Assembly (NCBI GenBank): GCA_032718475.1
Contig: JAUCBJ010007620.1
Location: 1-64,000, forward strand
DNA from: Nemertoderma westbladi
Taxonomy: Eukaryota; Animalia; Xenacoelomorpha
Length of the DNA: 64,000 nucleotides
Reading direction: 5' to 3'
Under the pieces are notes generated by a model. That model searched no databases and was not told the origin of the DNA. It saw only the letters and a program-made list of their open reading frames with translations. The translations under genes and the position numbers were made by a program. Every line of letters starts with the position of its first letter. Within the stretch, counting starts at the first letter, position 1. Shown here piece after piece: positions 1 through 11,845 of this stretch.

Positions 1-172
1 ACAAACCGCAACCCTGTTTAAATACTGTAAGTAAAATTATCACATTGGTTACATTTTTGCATATGTGTTTCGCCGGGATTTGGCTCATCAGCTACACTAA
101 CCCGTGCAGGACACATGTTAATCAAACTAACTACACCAAAAACCAGCTAAACACACACACATACTTAATAAA
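1..172 (-). repeat. Inverted partial copy of the 449-bp unit, including a minus-strand hammerhead at 63-116; runs off the window edge
   Basis: 1-172 is the near-exact reverse complement of 301-472. Confidence 0.95.
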
Positions 173-185
173 CTATTGTTTATTA

Positions 186-2905
186 TGACTTGCTAAATTT
201 ATAATCTATATTTTCTAAGCCGTGGAAGAATATAAATTATCTAATATAGCGTTGCTAAGGAAATGATTGCTTATTTGATCTGGAATGCAATACTATTTTG
301 TTTATTAAGTATGTGTGTGTGTTTAGCTGGTTTTTGGTGTAGTTAGTTTGATTAACATGTGTCCTGCACGGGTTAGTGTAGCTGATGAGCCAAATCCCGG
401 CGAAACACATATGCAAAAATGTAACCAATGTGATAATTTTACTTACAGTATTTAAACAGGGTTGCGCTTTGTGTCCCTGCTTAAATAAAACGATGACTAC
501 TTACGGTTGAACAGATAGGAACATGTTGTTTCTCTGTTTCCAAATAATTTTATTTAACGTGGTTGATCTTGGTTTCCTTACATTTATATTTATATATTTA
601 ATTTTTGTAACCGGATCCCACACCCCAACGGCTTTGACTTGCTAAATTTATAATCTATATTTTCTAAGCCGTGGAAGAATATAAATTATCTAATATAGCG
701 TTGCTAAGGAAATGATTGCTTATTTGATCTGGAATGCAATACTATTTTGTTTATTAAGTATGTGTGTGTGTTTAGCTGGTTTTTGGTGTAGTTAGTTTGA
801 TTAACATGTGTCCTGCACGGGTTAGTGTAGCTGATGAGCCAAATCCCGGCGAAACACATATGCAAAAATGTAACCAATGTGATAATTTTACTTACAGTAT
901 TTAAACAGGGTTGCGCTTTGTGTCCCTGCTTAAATAAAACGATGACTACTTACGGTTGAACAGATAGGAACATGTTGTTTCTCTGTTTCCAAATAATTTT
1001 ATTTAACGTGGTTGATCTTGGTTTCCTTACATTTATATTTATATATTTAATTTTTGTAACCGGATCCCACACCCCAACGGCTTTGACTTGCTAAATTTAT
1101 AATCTATATTTTCTAAGCCGTGGAAGAATATAAATTATCTAATATAGCGTTGCTAAGGAAATGATTGCTTATTTGATCTGGAATGCAATACTATTTTGTT
1201 TATTAAGTATGTGTGTGTGTTTAGCTGGTTTTTGGTGTAGTTAGTTTGATTAACATGTGTCCTGCACGGGTTAGTGTAGCTGATGAGCCAAATCCCGGCG
1301 AAACACATATGCAAAAATGTAACCAATGTGATAATTTTACTTACAGTATTTAAACAGGGTTGCGCTTTGTGTCCCTGCTTAAATAAAACGATGACTACTT
1401 ACGGTTGAACAGATAGGAACATGTTGTTTCTCTGTTTCCAAATAATTTTATTTAACGTGGTTGATCTTGGTTTCCTTACATTTATATTTATATATTTAAT
1501 TTTTGTAACCGGATCCCACACCCCAACGGCTTTGACTTGCTAAATTTATAATCTATATTTTCTAAGCCGTGGAAGAATATAAATTATCTAATATAGCGTT
1601 GCTAAGGAAATGATTGCTTATTTGATCTGGAATGCAATACTATTTTGTTTATTAAGTATGTGTGTGTGTTTAGCTGGTTTTTGGTGTAGTTAGTTTGATT
1701 AACATGTGTCCTGCACGGGTTAGTGTAGCTGATGAGCCAAATCCCGGCGAAACACATATGCAAAAATGTAACCAATGTGATAATTTTACTTACAGTATTT
1801 AAACAGGGTTGCGCTTTGTGTCCCTGCTTAAATAAAACGATGACTACTTACGGTTGAACAGATAGGAACATGTTGTTTCTCTGTTTCCAAATAATTTTAT
1901 TTAACGTGGTTGATCTTGGTTTCCTTACATTTATATTTATATATTTAATTTTTGTAACCGGATCACACACCCCAACGGCTTTGACTTGCTAAATTTATAA
2001 TCTATATTTTCTAAGCCGTGGAAGAATATAAATTATCTAATATAGCGTTGCTAAGGAAATGATTGCTTATTTGATCTGGAATGCAATACTATTTTGTTTA
2101 TTAAGTATGTGTGTGTGTTTAGCTGGTTTTTGGTGTAGTTAGTTTGATTAACATGTGTCCTGCACGGGTTAGTGTAGCTGATGAGCCAAATCCCGGCGAA
2201 ACACATATGCAAAAATGTAACCAATGTGATAATTTTACTTACAGTATTTAAACAGGGTTGCGCTTTGTGTCCCTGCTTAAATAAAACGATGACTACTTAC
2301 GGTTGAACAGATAGGAACATGTTGTTTCTCTGTTTCCAAATAATTTTATTTAACGTGGTTGATCTTGGTTTCCTTACATTTATATTTATATATTTAATTT
2401 TTGTAACCGGATCCCACACCCCAACGGCTTTGACTTGCTAAATTTATAATCTATATTTTCTAAGTCGTGGAAGAATATAAATTATCTAATATAGCGTTGC
2501 TAAGGAAATGATTGCTTATTTGATCTGGAATGCAATACTATTTTGTTTATTAAGTATGTGTGTGTGTTTAGCTGGTTTTTGGTGTAGTTAGTTTGATTAA
2601 CATGTGTCCTGCACTCGTTAGTGTAGCTGATGAGCCAAATCCCGGCGAAACACATATGCAAAAATGTAACCAATGTGATAATTTTACTTACAGTATTTAA
2701 ACAGGGTTGCGCTTTGTGTCCCTGCTTAAATAAAACGATGACTACTTACGGTTGAACAGATAGGAACATGTTGTTTCTCTGTTTCCAAATAATTTTATTT
2801 AACGTGGTTGATCTTGGTTTCCTTACATTTATATTTATATATTTAATTTTTGTAACCGGATCCCACACCCCAACGGCTTTGACTTGCTAAATTTATAATC
2901 TATAT
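186..2905 (+). repeat. 449-bp tandem array (6 full units plus a partial one), each with a hammerhead ribozyme; retrozyme/Penelope-pLTR-like
   Basis: The unit start TGACTTGCTAAATTTATAATC recurs at 186, 635, 1084, 1533, 1982, 2431 and 2880. Units are almost identical, and the array ends in a (TA)n run. Confidence 0.95.
357..410 (+). ncRNA. Type III hammerhead ribozyme (further copies at 806-859, 1255-1308, 1704-1757, 2153-2206, 2602-2655)
   Basis: ATGTGT-C | CTGCAC-GGGTTA-GTGTAG | CTGATGA | GCC-AAATCCC-GGC | GAA-ACACAT. This gives a GUC cleavage triplet, hairpin stems I and II, an intact CUGAUGA/GAAA core and an open stem III. Confidence 0.92.
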
Positions 2906-3022
2906 CTATATATATATATATATACTATATTTTATTTCTTTTATAATATATTTTATTCTAGAAAAATTTAAAATAATATATTTTTCATAATAGATTTTCT
3001 TACTTTTTAAAAATGTTCCATT

Positions 3023-3340
3023 CGCGAAGATCGCGATGTTTGTGAAGCTCCACCTATAGTATTGGTAAACACAAAATATCGCGAAGATCACGATGTTTAC
3101 GAAGCTCCACCTATAGTATTGTTAAACACAAAATATCGCAAAGATCACGACGTTTGTGAAAATTCGCGGATTTTCGCAACCTTCACAAAAATCGCAACGT
3201 TTGCGAAAATCGTGAAGAATTGTTCAAAATCGTTGCCCTAAATTCATAATTTTGGAAGTTCAGACAATTGCGACCCGGACAATTGCGACCCAGACAATTG
3301 CAACCCAGACAATTGCGACCCAGACAATTGCGACCCATGA
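3023..3340. repeat. Short tandem repeats: about 56 bp x2.5 (3023-3160) and 15-bp CAGACAATTGCGACC x5 (3261-3336)
   Basis: Repeats are directly visible; probably internal repeats of a small non-autonomous element. Confidence 0.7.
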
Positions 3341-3959
3341 TTTTAGTTAAATTTGTTGGGTCGCAATTGTCCAGATACTGTATATTTATATAATAATACT
3401 CAATTTGATTGCTGTAGCTATATTTTAACATATACAGTATGCAGGGAGATGTTTACCCCACATTATTATCTATGATATATTCTGGAATGATTACAAGCCC
3501 CTTGTCACATTGCTGGAGAGTTCCATCCCCGCATCATTAACTTTCAATGACTTCTGACCCTTCTCGAGACTGAGGAACCTCGTTTGCATCCCACCAAGCT
3601 GGGCCAACCAATGGAGCAGGCATACGCTATGCCTCCAACTCAGCAACAGACAAAGCAGCTATCTGGACGAAGTGGTAATCTACGTAAGACTAATAACACC
3701 ACTCCCTATAAACCACCAGAATCTTGCATCCATTGTGGTAAAGAAGAGCACTGGAACAAAGATTGTTACAGTTGCAACAAGAATAAATAATATGGAATAA
3801 ATTAACAGTTCTGGTACCGGTAAGGAATATTGTTGAGTATCTTAGGTCCTAACATAACCCCACTTATGAGAAGTGGAGCTTCATTTACTCGATAAGTTTT
3901 CTCTTTCAGAATTATATTAAATCTCACAGATTTATTCCGATTTAAAGAGTTTGTCTTAT

Positions 3960-4205
3960 AATATTGTCTCATAGCTAACTCGATACCCTTACCAAATGCT
4001 CAAGTGTTTGTTCTTTCCCCGCAAAGTTTATTTGGATTAAATATTTCAATATGTCCTAGAGAAATCATGACTCTTCTATCATTTCCATAAAAACGTATTA
4101 AAACAGTGTCAAAATCAAGATCTATATTCGTTTCGATAATTCCAGGCCATGCCATGTTGATGAACCAGGTTGCTTAACCATTACAATGCATCCTGGGTTT
4201 AATTT
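3960..4205 (-). pseudogene. PWWP-like domain at the C-terminus of the Gypsy integrase
   Basis: Manual translation, in frame after 'VSIDRTKPAF': LNPGCIVMVKQPGSSTW/PGIIETNIDLDFDTVLIRFYGNDRRVMISLGHIEIF...*AFGKGIELA. It needs removal of a 5-bp CATGG duplication and contains one stop. Confidence 0.7.
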
Positions 4206-7200
4206 ACTTCTTAAATCTTGTATTTTATTATCGAGTTCAGTTAGTGTCTTGTTTGAAAGGTCTTCATTTCTTTGTTTAGTTCTTATTGGGATCAAATCAG
4301 TTTCATTTCTTTCAATATTTTCAGGATGGTGTTCATTTGAGATGAAAGCAGGTTTAGTCCGATCAATGGAAACCTTCGATTCTTTTCCTTTTATGTTTAT
4401 GGTTACAGTTTTTTCGTCTTTCCGTATTATTTCATAAGGTTCAGAATATCAATCACTCAATGACGATTTCAAACGCTCATTTCGACACCATATGTGTTTA
4501 ACGAAATCTATCGATTTTGGAACATATATTGGTGCTTCATTTCTTCATTCTGGAGCTACAAATGTGTTAATAGTCTTGAATAGATCACTCATATACTCAG
4601 GAAGATTTTTCATATCTAGATTATAGTCTGTAGGAACAAAATACTGATTCGGAAGGTCTACCGTTCCACCATATACCATCTGGGTAGGTGAATAACCCTC
4701 TGGTGAAATACTATTTCTTAATCCCAATATTGTTAGTGGTAATGTATCAGCCCAAGTTGAATTTATTGCATGAGCTCTTAGTGAGTTTTTGATGTCCTAT
4801 GAAAGCGTTCAATCGTCCCGATAGATTGTGGATGGTAAGTAGTAGTTCTCTTTCGATCAATTCCCAACAATCTCATTAATTCTCCCAAAAACGCTGATTC
4901 AAATTGTGTACCTCTGTCAGATATTAGTTCTCTGGGGACTACAAATCTAGAAATCCAATTTGTCATCATAGCCTTTGCAACAGTTACGGCGTCTGTGTTT
5001 CGAACAGGAATTACTTCTACCCATCAAGTAAATCTCTCGATCATTGTAACTACATGATTATATCCTTTAGAAGGTGGTCAGGGACCAATGGAATCGATTA
5101 GTTGTGGGGATTGAGCCAATACGAGAATTAGTATCTCTGGTAACTTTACACTGTTGGCACCATAGGCATTCACGACACCATCTTCTAACATCTTTCTTTA
5201 CTCCCAGACAAATATATTTATCCAACACAAGTTTCGTTGTTGGCCGAACTCCCATATGATCCTGTCCATGTAAATGTAAACCTTGAAATAACGGATAACA
5301 CATTTCTGTAGGAACATAAGGTCTCAAATATTCTTTACTTGCATCACAAATTAAATTTGAGTTTCCAATCATTAGTTTCTTCAACGGTAAACTAGTTCCC
5401 TTGAAAAAATGGACTAAAGTTTCATTGTTATTTTGAGCTTTGGCTAATGACTCATCAAATTCGACTTTAACATTTAAACATTCCCGTGATAATGTATCGG
5501 CTACTACATTAGATACTCCCAATACATGTTGTATGACACAGTTAAATTTGGAGATATGGGATAGCCATCGCATCTGCTGAGGATATGGATTTCTCATCTG
5601 CAATGCATTAACTAAGGGTTTGTGGTCCGTTTTAATTTTAAAATTCGTACCAATTAACCAATTATAATGTTTCAGGGCCAGGTAGATTGCTAATAATTCT
5701 CTGTCAAATGCTGACTTTTTTGCTTCTAACGGGGTTAATGTAGCAGAAAAGAAAGATGTTTAATATCGTTTACTACCTGATGTAATACAGCGCCAATGGC
5801 TACACCAGAAGCATCAGTGGTTAGTTCGAGTGTTGCCTTAGGATCTGCGAAAGCTAGTGTGACTGTATTTTTCAATGCTTCTTTTAAATCATTGAAAGCT
5901 TTCTCAGATTTTTCATCCCACACCAACATTTTAGTTTTCTGTTCACAACCACGAGTCATATCGGATATTGGAGCCGCAATTCTTGAGAATCCATTGACAA
6001 ACCGGTGGTAGAATCCTGACATACTCAAGAAATGTTTAAAAGATTTAATTGTGCTACGTTTTTCCAAACTGAACAATTACTTTCACTTTCTCTTCGATCG
6101 ATTTTATTTCCTCACTCGAGATATTAGCACCAACAAATGTTACACTCTAACAAAAAAAAGTTGCATTTGCTCGCTCTTAATTTTAAACCAAATTGCGCTA
6201 ATCGTTTAAATACAACCATTAAATGTTTAAAATGCGTTCGCTCGCCACAGTAACATCATCTAAATAACACCATACAAATGAAAGTCCACTAAGAGCAGTG
6301 TCCATAAGTCGCTGAAATGTGGATGACGCATTCTTCATCCCATATGTCATTCGTTTGAAAATAAATAACCCGAAAGGGGTTGTAATCGCAGTTTTCTTCT
6401 GATCCTCTAAATCTACAGGTATTTGGGTATATGCAGAAGCCAGGTCGATTTTTGAAAATTCTTTGCAGTTATGGAAACTATTTGACAAATCACTCAAATT
6501 TGGCATGGGATAATGATCTGGAATTGTTTGATTATTAAGGTTTCTCTAGTCTCCACATGAGTGGTAAGGAGTAGTTTTTGAATTTGCTTGAAAAGCAACA
6601 TGTAAAGGTGAAGCATAAGGAGATTCTCCCCTATAACATATACCATTTCTTTCCCAATCTTCAAAAGTCTTTTTAGCCGCTACCAACTTTTCTCCAAATA
6701 ATCGGCACGGTTTACTGAAACTAGGCGGACCATTAGTAAGAATATTGTGTTTAATTTTATGTTTTATTGGATCTGCAATATTTACTTGTGTAAATAATTC
6801 TGAATATTCATTAACTAATTCTGCTACTTTTTCTTAAAAGCACGGATTTTCAACTTCCACCTATTGATTTTGAAGTTTTGAAATTAAATAAAGCAGGTTT
6901 ATTTTTGGATTCTTTTATTGGTGTAATATCCCCTGGTAAACTATTTAATGGGATCAGTCAATTATAAGCACAATCAATGAGTAATTTATGGTGGCCAAGA
7001 AAATCAATACCTAGTATTGGTTTTGAAACCTCTGCAACATAAAATCTCCAAACAAACAGTTTATCTCCCAAATCTGATATTTTAAATATAAGTTGCCTCA
7101 GTCCGTTTACTTTTATTGGTGTTCCATTGGCTGCTTTCAAAATAATTTTTGGCAAATCTATCATTTCCGATGTGGTATAACTCATCGCTACTGCGATGTG

Positions 7201-8496
7201 GTAAAACGCTACACTCGCTACCACTGCCGGCTAAGAATTCTCCCACTGGACTGGTGGCAACATATATAGAGTTCACTCCATCACAGGCCGCCCTTGCAGT
7301 GGAGCATTGGGGTTTCCCGAAGGTTGATTATTGTTTGGGTTTGTGTTATATTGTCGTGTTTGAACCCATTCGCAGTGTCCGCTATACTTTGTAGAATTTC
7401 TCCCGAATCGCCAGTGATACCACCATAACTTACTGTTTAAACACATATTGATGTGTTTGGGAGTTGGAACGTACTCCGTATCTAGATGACGATCTCTCAA
7501 ACCTTCTTCCACGAAAACTACTGGTTGATTGTCGAGGTCTGCCTCTCTCATCTCCAGAAGAAAGTGATTCAAAAGCCCTTGATAATTGGTTAATTTCTTG
7601 AGTTATATTATGGCACCATGTCTCCATAGTCGGAGCTGATGTGGCTTGTCCTTGTCAATAAACTTCAGCCTCAGGGTTACTAGTGAGTGAACTTGTTCCC
7701 ATTTTATTAATATGATTAACTAAGTTATAATTTGGCATTCATTCAACCATTTGATCTGCGATTTCTGCAAGTTTTTCTACTGGCACTCCTTCTACAGCAA
7801 TTAATACTAGTCAGACTGGTTCCGGAATAATATCCAAAAATCTCATTTTAACAATATTAGGATTATTCGACACTAACCTCTGTAAGTGTCTCAAAATCAC
7901 ACTCGGTTTTCAGTCTCCCAATACTTGATCTTTGAGAAGTTTCTTTAGGCGACGATCTTCACTATCATCGAAATACTTTATTAAGCATTCCTTTATTGTT
8001 TCAAAAGAATCGGAAACTCACCCACCACTGTCGAAAATAACGTGAGTTGGTAATGCTCGAAGTAAGCTATTTTTCTTTACAGTCTCAGATGATCGCCAGC
8101 ATCTCCTCGATCTGGTCAAACCATACTCTAGTATCCTTTTCGTAAAATTGTGGTAACTTAACATTTTGTGTCAGAGTTGGCGTTGGAGATCACGATGAAG
8201 TACCGGTATTGTCCGGAACTGGAACAGTATTCATGTCTGCTGGATGTGGTTGTAGGCCAACTGAACGAAAGTTGGGTTTTCCGCTTTTAACCCATCTAAT
8301 ATTTCTGGTTTCGTATCAGGAACTCCGCATATTGTGGATCATCTTTGTGTAGTAATTGTAAAATCGCCTCCAGGAAAACATTTGGTACATTGTGCAGATC
8401 TACTGGCATTGTTGATTGTCGATGTTGTGGGCCTCATAGTCTGTGTACAGGTCCATGCAATGGAACACAGTTATTACTTTTGGAGTTTTCTCACCG

Positions 8497-8514
8497 ATCT
8501 CGTCCGGGTCACCA
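8497..8514 (-). promoter_or_regulatory. Gypsy primer-binding site, tRNA-Trp type
   Basis: TGGTGACCCGGACGAGAT directly follows the 5' LTR and matches the tRNA-Trp PBS TGGTGACCCCGACGTGAT at 16/18 positions. Confidence 0.8.
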
Positions 8515-9573
8515 ATATTATCATTATTAGATAATAAAATAATGAATCAAATAGATCTGACTTATTTAATAAGTATGGAATAAATTAATAGTTCTGGTAC
8601 CAGTAAGGAATATTATTGAGTATCTTAGATCCTAACAATAAACCCATTGCGTCTTCAAAGCCACACACCGTTAGAAAACAGCAAAAAGGAGCTGATGGCT
8701 TCTCCATCAACAGAGGTGCTACAACTCACCTATGCAATGAACAATCACTACTGCACGACGTACAACCACTTGACCCACGGTTCGAAATACACATAGGAGA
8801 TGGCCATAAACTAATGTCCAACCATGTTGGAAAATGTGCACTGCAGTCTGTGCCCAAAGCCATTCTACTACAGACATGTCATTTTATTCCTGAGATTGCA
8901 TGAAACCTCCTATCCATACCCAAGGCAATGGATGCGGGCGCTGATATCTTATTCTCTGGCAAACAACAGACAGTGCAATTCACCATAAATGGGACAGTAC
9001 GTGCTACTGGCTCCCGCCACAGTAACTTGCTAATTCTAAATCAACCACCAGGTGTCCGTGTCACCACACTCACCAATGAGAAAAATGCTGTAAATCGCAA
9101 GACATGGCATGCATGTTTCGGTCATCTGCACTACCCTTCAAGGCCTTCAATCCAAGGATTCCACCCACAGGTTTCCATCCTTCTTCTGGAGGAAACATTG
9201 AATTCTGTACATCGTGCATGGAAGGCAAACAATGAAACTACCATTCAGCGAATCCACATGTGTCACAAATGACATACTTCAAATTGTGTCATTAGATGTC
9301 TATGGCAAAATGCCAGTTGACTTAATTGGGGGATCTCGCTACTTTGTCACTTTTATTGACCATCATTCTCATTATGTTGTTGTGTATCCTATTGCTCAAA
9401 AATCTGATGTATTCGGAAAATTTGTCGAGTATGTTACAGCAGAAGAAACACCCACAGGCAAACATGTCAAGTGCTTGTGTTCTGGTGATGGAAGCGAATA
9501 TGTTCCTCAGCAATTCAAGGACTACTGCAACAAACATGGTATTAAACGCGAACTAACAGTACCATACACACCA

Positions 9574-10189
9574 TGTGAGGGGATCCAACGGAGTTGGCAG
9601 TATGGATCCCGTCCGGTGTGTGTGTTATATGTGTCGCCGCGTCCATAGGCTGCTAAAGCTGTGGTCTGGATATATAATAATAGGTCGATGGCCGTTGAAA
9701 TAACTGAGTTTTTACTGTCAGTTGCTGTAATCACAGAACATAATAATAGCACAGTCAGAATATAATAGCACGGTAATGAAGACGGTTAAAAACTGTTCCG
9801 GTCTCACAACTGTATAGAAACCAACTGAATCAGAATCAATAAGTGCAACGGTTATATTATTAACACATATTAAATCACCTCTACTCTACTGAGTGGCCTG
9901 TCCAATAGATGCGCTCTAATCACTTCCAATGTGTTTTCCCACCCATCATTGGCTTAACCTGATTAATTGTCACCTCGCCACTACTCCCTGTTACCACTAT
10001 CCTTGCTAGCCCCTTTGTCCCTCTGAGATGGTTTGACCTCTCAACTTTCTTTGTGGCTGGCGATGTGTATCGCCTGGGTTGGTTGTGAGGTGACATTATT
10101 ATTGGTATTGTCACCTTCCAAACTATAATTGGTAAAATGCCACTAAGCCCAGTTTTGGTGGGTAGTGCAGGGAATTGAATCCACTTACA
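9574..10189. mobile_element. Solo LTR (616 bp) inserted in the Copia integrase
   Basis: Termini TGTGAG...CTTACA and 5-bp TSD CACCA (9569-9573, 10190-10194). Removing it restores TVPYTP-QQNGIAER. Confidence 0.88.
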
Positions 10190-11029
10190 CACCACAGCAA
10201 AATGGCATTGCTGAGCGAATGAATCACATACTCATAGAGATGGATCAATCGATGTTGTGCCATGCCCAGATCCCTCCTGAGTGGTGGGCTGAAGCCATGG
10301 TCTATGCCACACTCATCCAAAATATTTCACCCACCTCAGCAATTCCCGATAAGGTGCCATTCAAAGTATTTAATGGTATCAAACCAGACGTGTCAACTCT
10401 TTGCGTTTGGGGTTGTGACACATAAAATTTACATCGAACGTATGGCATGCAATAAACTGCAACCTAAATCGATATGCTGCCGATATGTCAGTCATTCACA
10501 GCATGCCAAGTTCTACAAACTTTGTCAGTCTGTCACTGGTAAACAGATTATTATCTCCTGCAATGTCACTTTTCAGGAAAATACATTCGACGAGCGCATG
10601 AAGAGCGACAACTCTACATTTGAGTACCTTCATGATGATCAGGTGGAACCACCCACCCCAATCACAGGGCCGGTTAATATTGCTGATATAAAATCAGATT
10701 CCTTGGATGGCGATAATGGACCACACATTCCACTCACACCAACCTAGGTGTACCTCCAGTCTGTCTCGGCATTGTAAAATACGATGATCATGACGACATT
10801 GGAGAGGGGATGGATGAAGTAAACTATGTGTTTATTGCATTCGATAACTCTGACCCTGCCACCATGAAGGAAGCGCTACGGAGTAACTGGATTACTGTTG
10901 CTCAAGATGAGTATCACTCCATGATTAACCGAGATGCCTGGGAACTCGTTGAACGACCACCAGTCGCCAATGTCATTGGATCAAAATGGATCTTTTGCGT
11001 CAAACGGGATCCTCTTTTATATGCCCCGC

Positions 11030-11235
11030 ACTTTTATATGCAAGTTTTTCTGGATTAGAAAATAATCAGAAGTAAACTGTAATTACTATAATTAAATCAA
11101 CTAATATTCATTGTTACAATATTGTAATATACCGGTACCTAGGGTTGTAGGACATGAATATTAGTTGTTTTAATTATATTAATTACAGTTTACTTCTGAT
11201 TATTTTCTAATCCAGCTAAACCTGCATATAAAAGT
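11030..11235. mobile_element. Foldback/MITE-like element with imperfect inverted arms of about 80 bp
   Basis: ACTTTTATATGCA...CTAATATTCAT pairs with ATGAATATTAG...TGCATATAAAAGT. Confidence 0.75.
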
Positions 11236-11845
11236 AAAAGAAACATCGGATATATCAATGACCTACTAGGATTAATTTAATTTTTTTTAATACTTGCAAA
11301 ATACATTCCCCATTCATTTCAATATAGTACAGCCAAAATTAAGAAAGTTTATGCTTATCGTGCTTGAGGGAGGTAGACCCCAGGACCTATCAACTTTGGA
11401 CATATCAATAATCAGCCTATTTTGGACATAAACGTACTAAGAAATTGGATGCAATAATGTATGTTGATACCGTGTAGTTTAGTGTTTTTTTATTGATACA
11501 CTAGCGTATAATAATAGAATGATAACCTACCGATTTCAAAAAAAAAATAAAAATAGTATTACAAATCTTGATGATATTTTCATGAGATTTGAACTGAAAT
11601 GGTTTCACCTCCCTCCTTCTTACTGGGTGAAACAGCTAATCTTGACTTGACGGAATTAAAAATTATGGGAAATTAATAAATGTAATCATCAATTATTTTA
11701 TTTTTTTTTAATCCATCCGAAACAATATACGAAATTTAGGGGATATGGAAATACACCTTACATCAATCAGGTTTACTCCTATTGCCATTGCAAAAACAGT
11801 TCACGGGGTTTAGTACCCAATCAGAGCTTATTATTTGACTTTTAA

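Larger units (their letters stand above)
3788..8637 (-). mobile_element. Decayed full-length Ty3/Gypsy LTR retrotransposon inserted in Copia gag
   Basis: TSD ATAAA at 3783-3787 and 8638-8642. Short LTRs at about 8515-8637 and 3788-3854 (the latter internally deleted) begin TGTTAGGA on the minus strand. RT 'WCYLDDV', RNase H 'TDASGVAIGAVL' and integrase 'SDRGTQF..TTYHPQS..ERFH' occur in PR-RT-RH-IN order. Confidence 0.93.
3440..11010 (+). mobile_element. Decayed Ty1/Copia internal region (gag knuckle, protease, integrase, start of RT), interrupted by two nested insertions; ends approximate
   Basis: Motifs: CIHCGKEEHWNKDC knuckle; degenerate protease 'INRGATTHLCN'; GAG-pre-integrase 'WHACFGH'; integrase 'GGSRYFVTFIDHHS...TVPYTP|QQNGIAER'; RT start 'WELVERPPVANVIGSKWIF'. 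Order is PR-IN-RT, with many stops and frameshifts. Confidence 0.9.
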
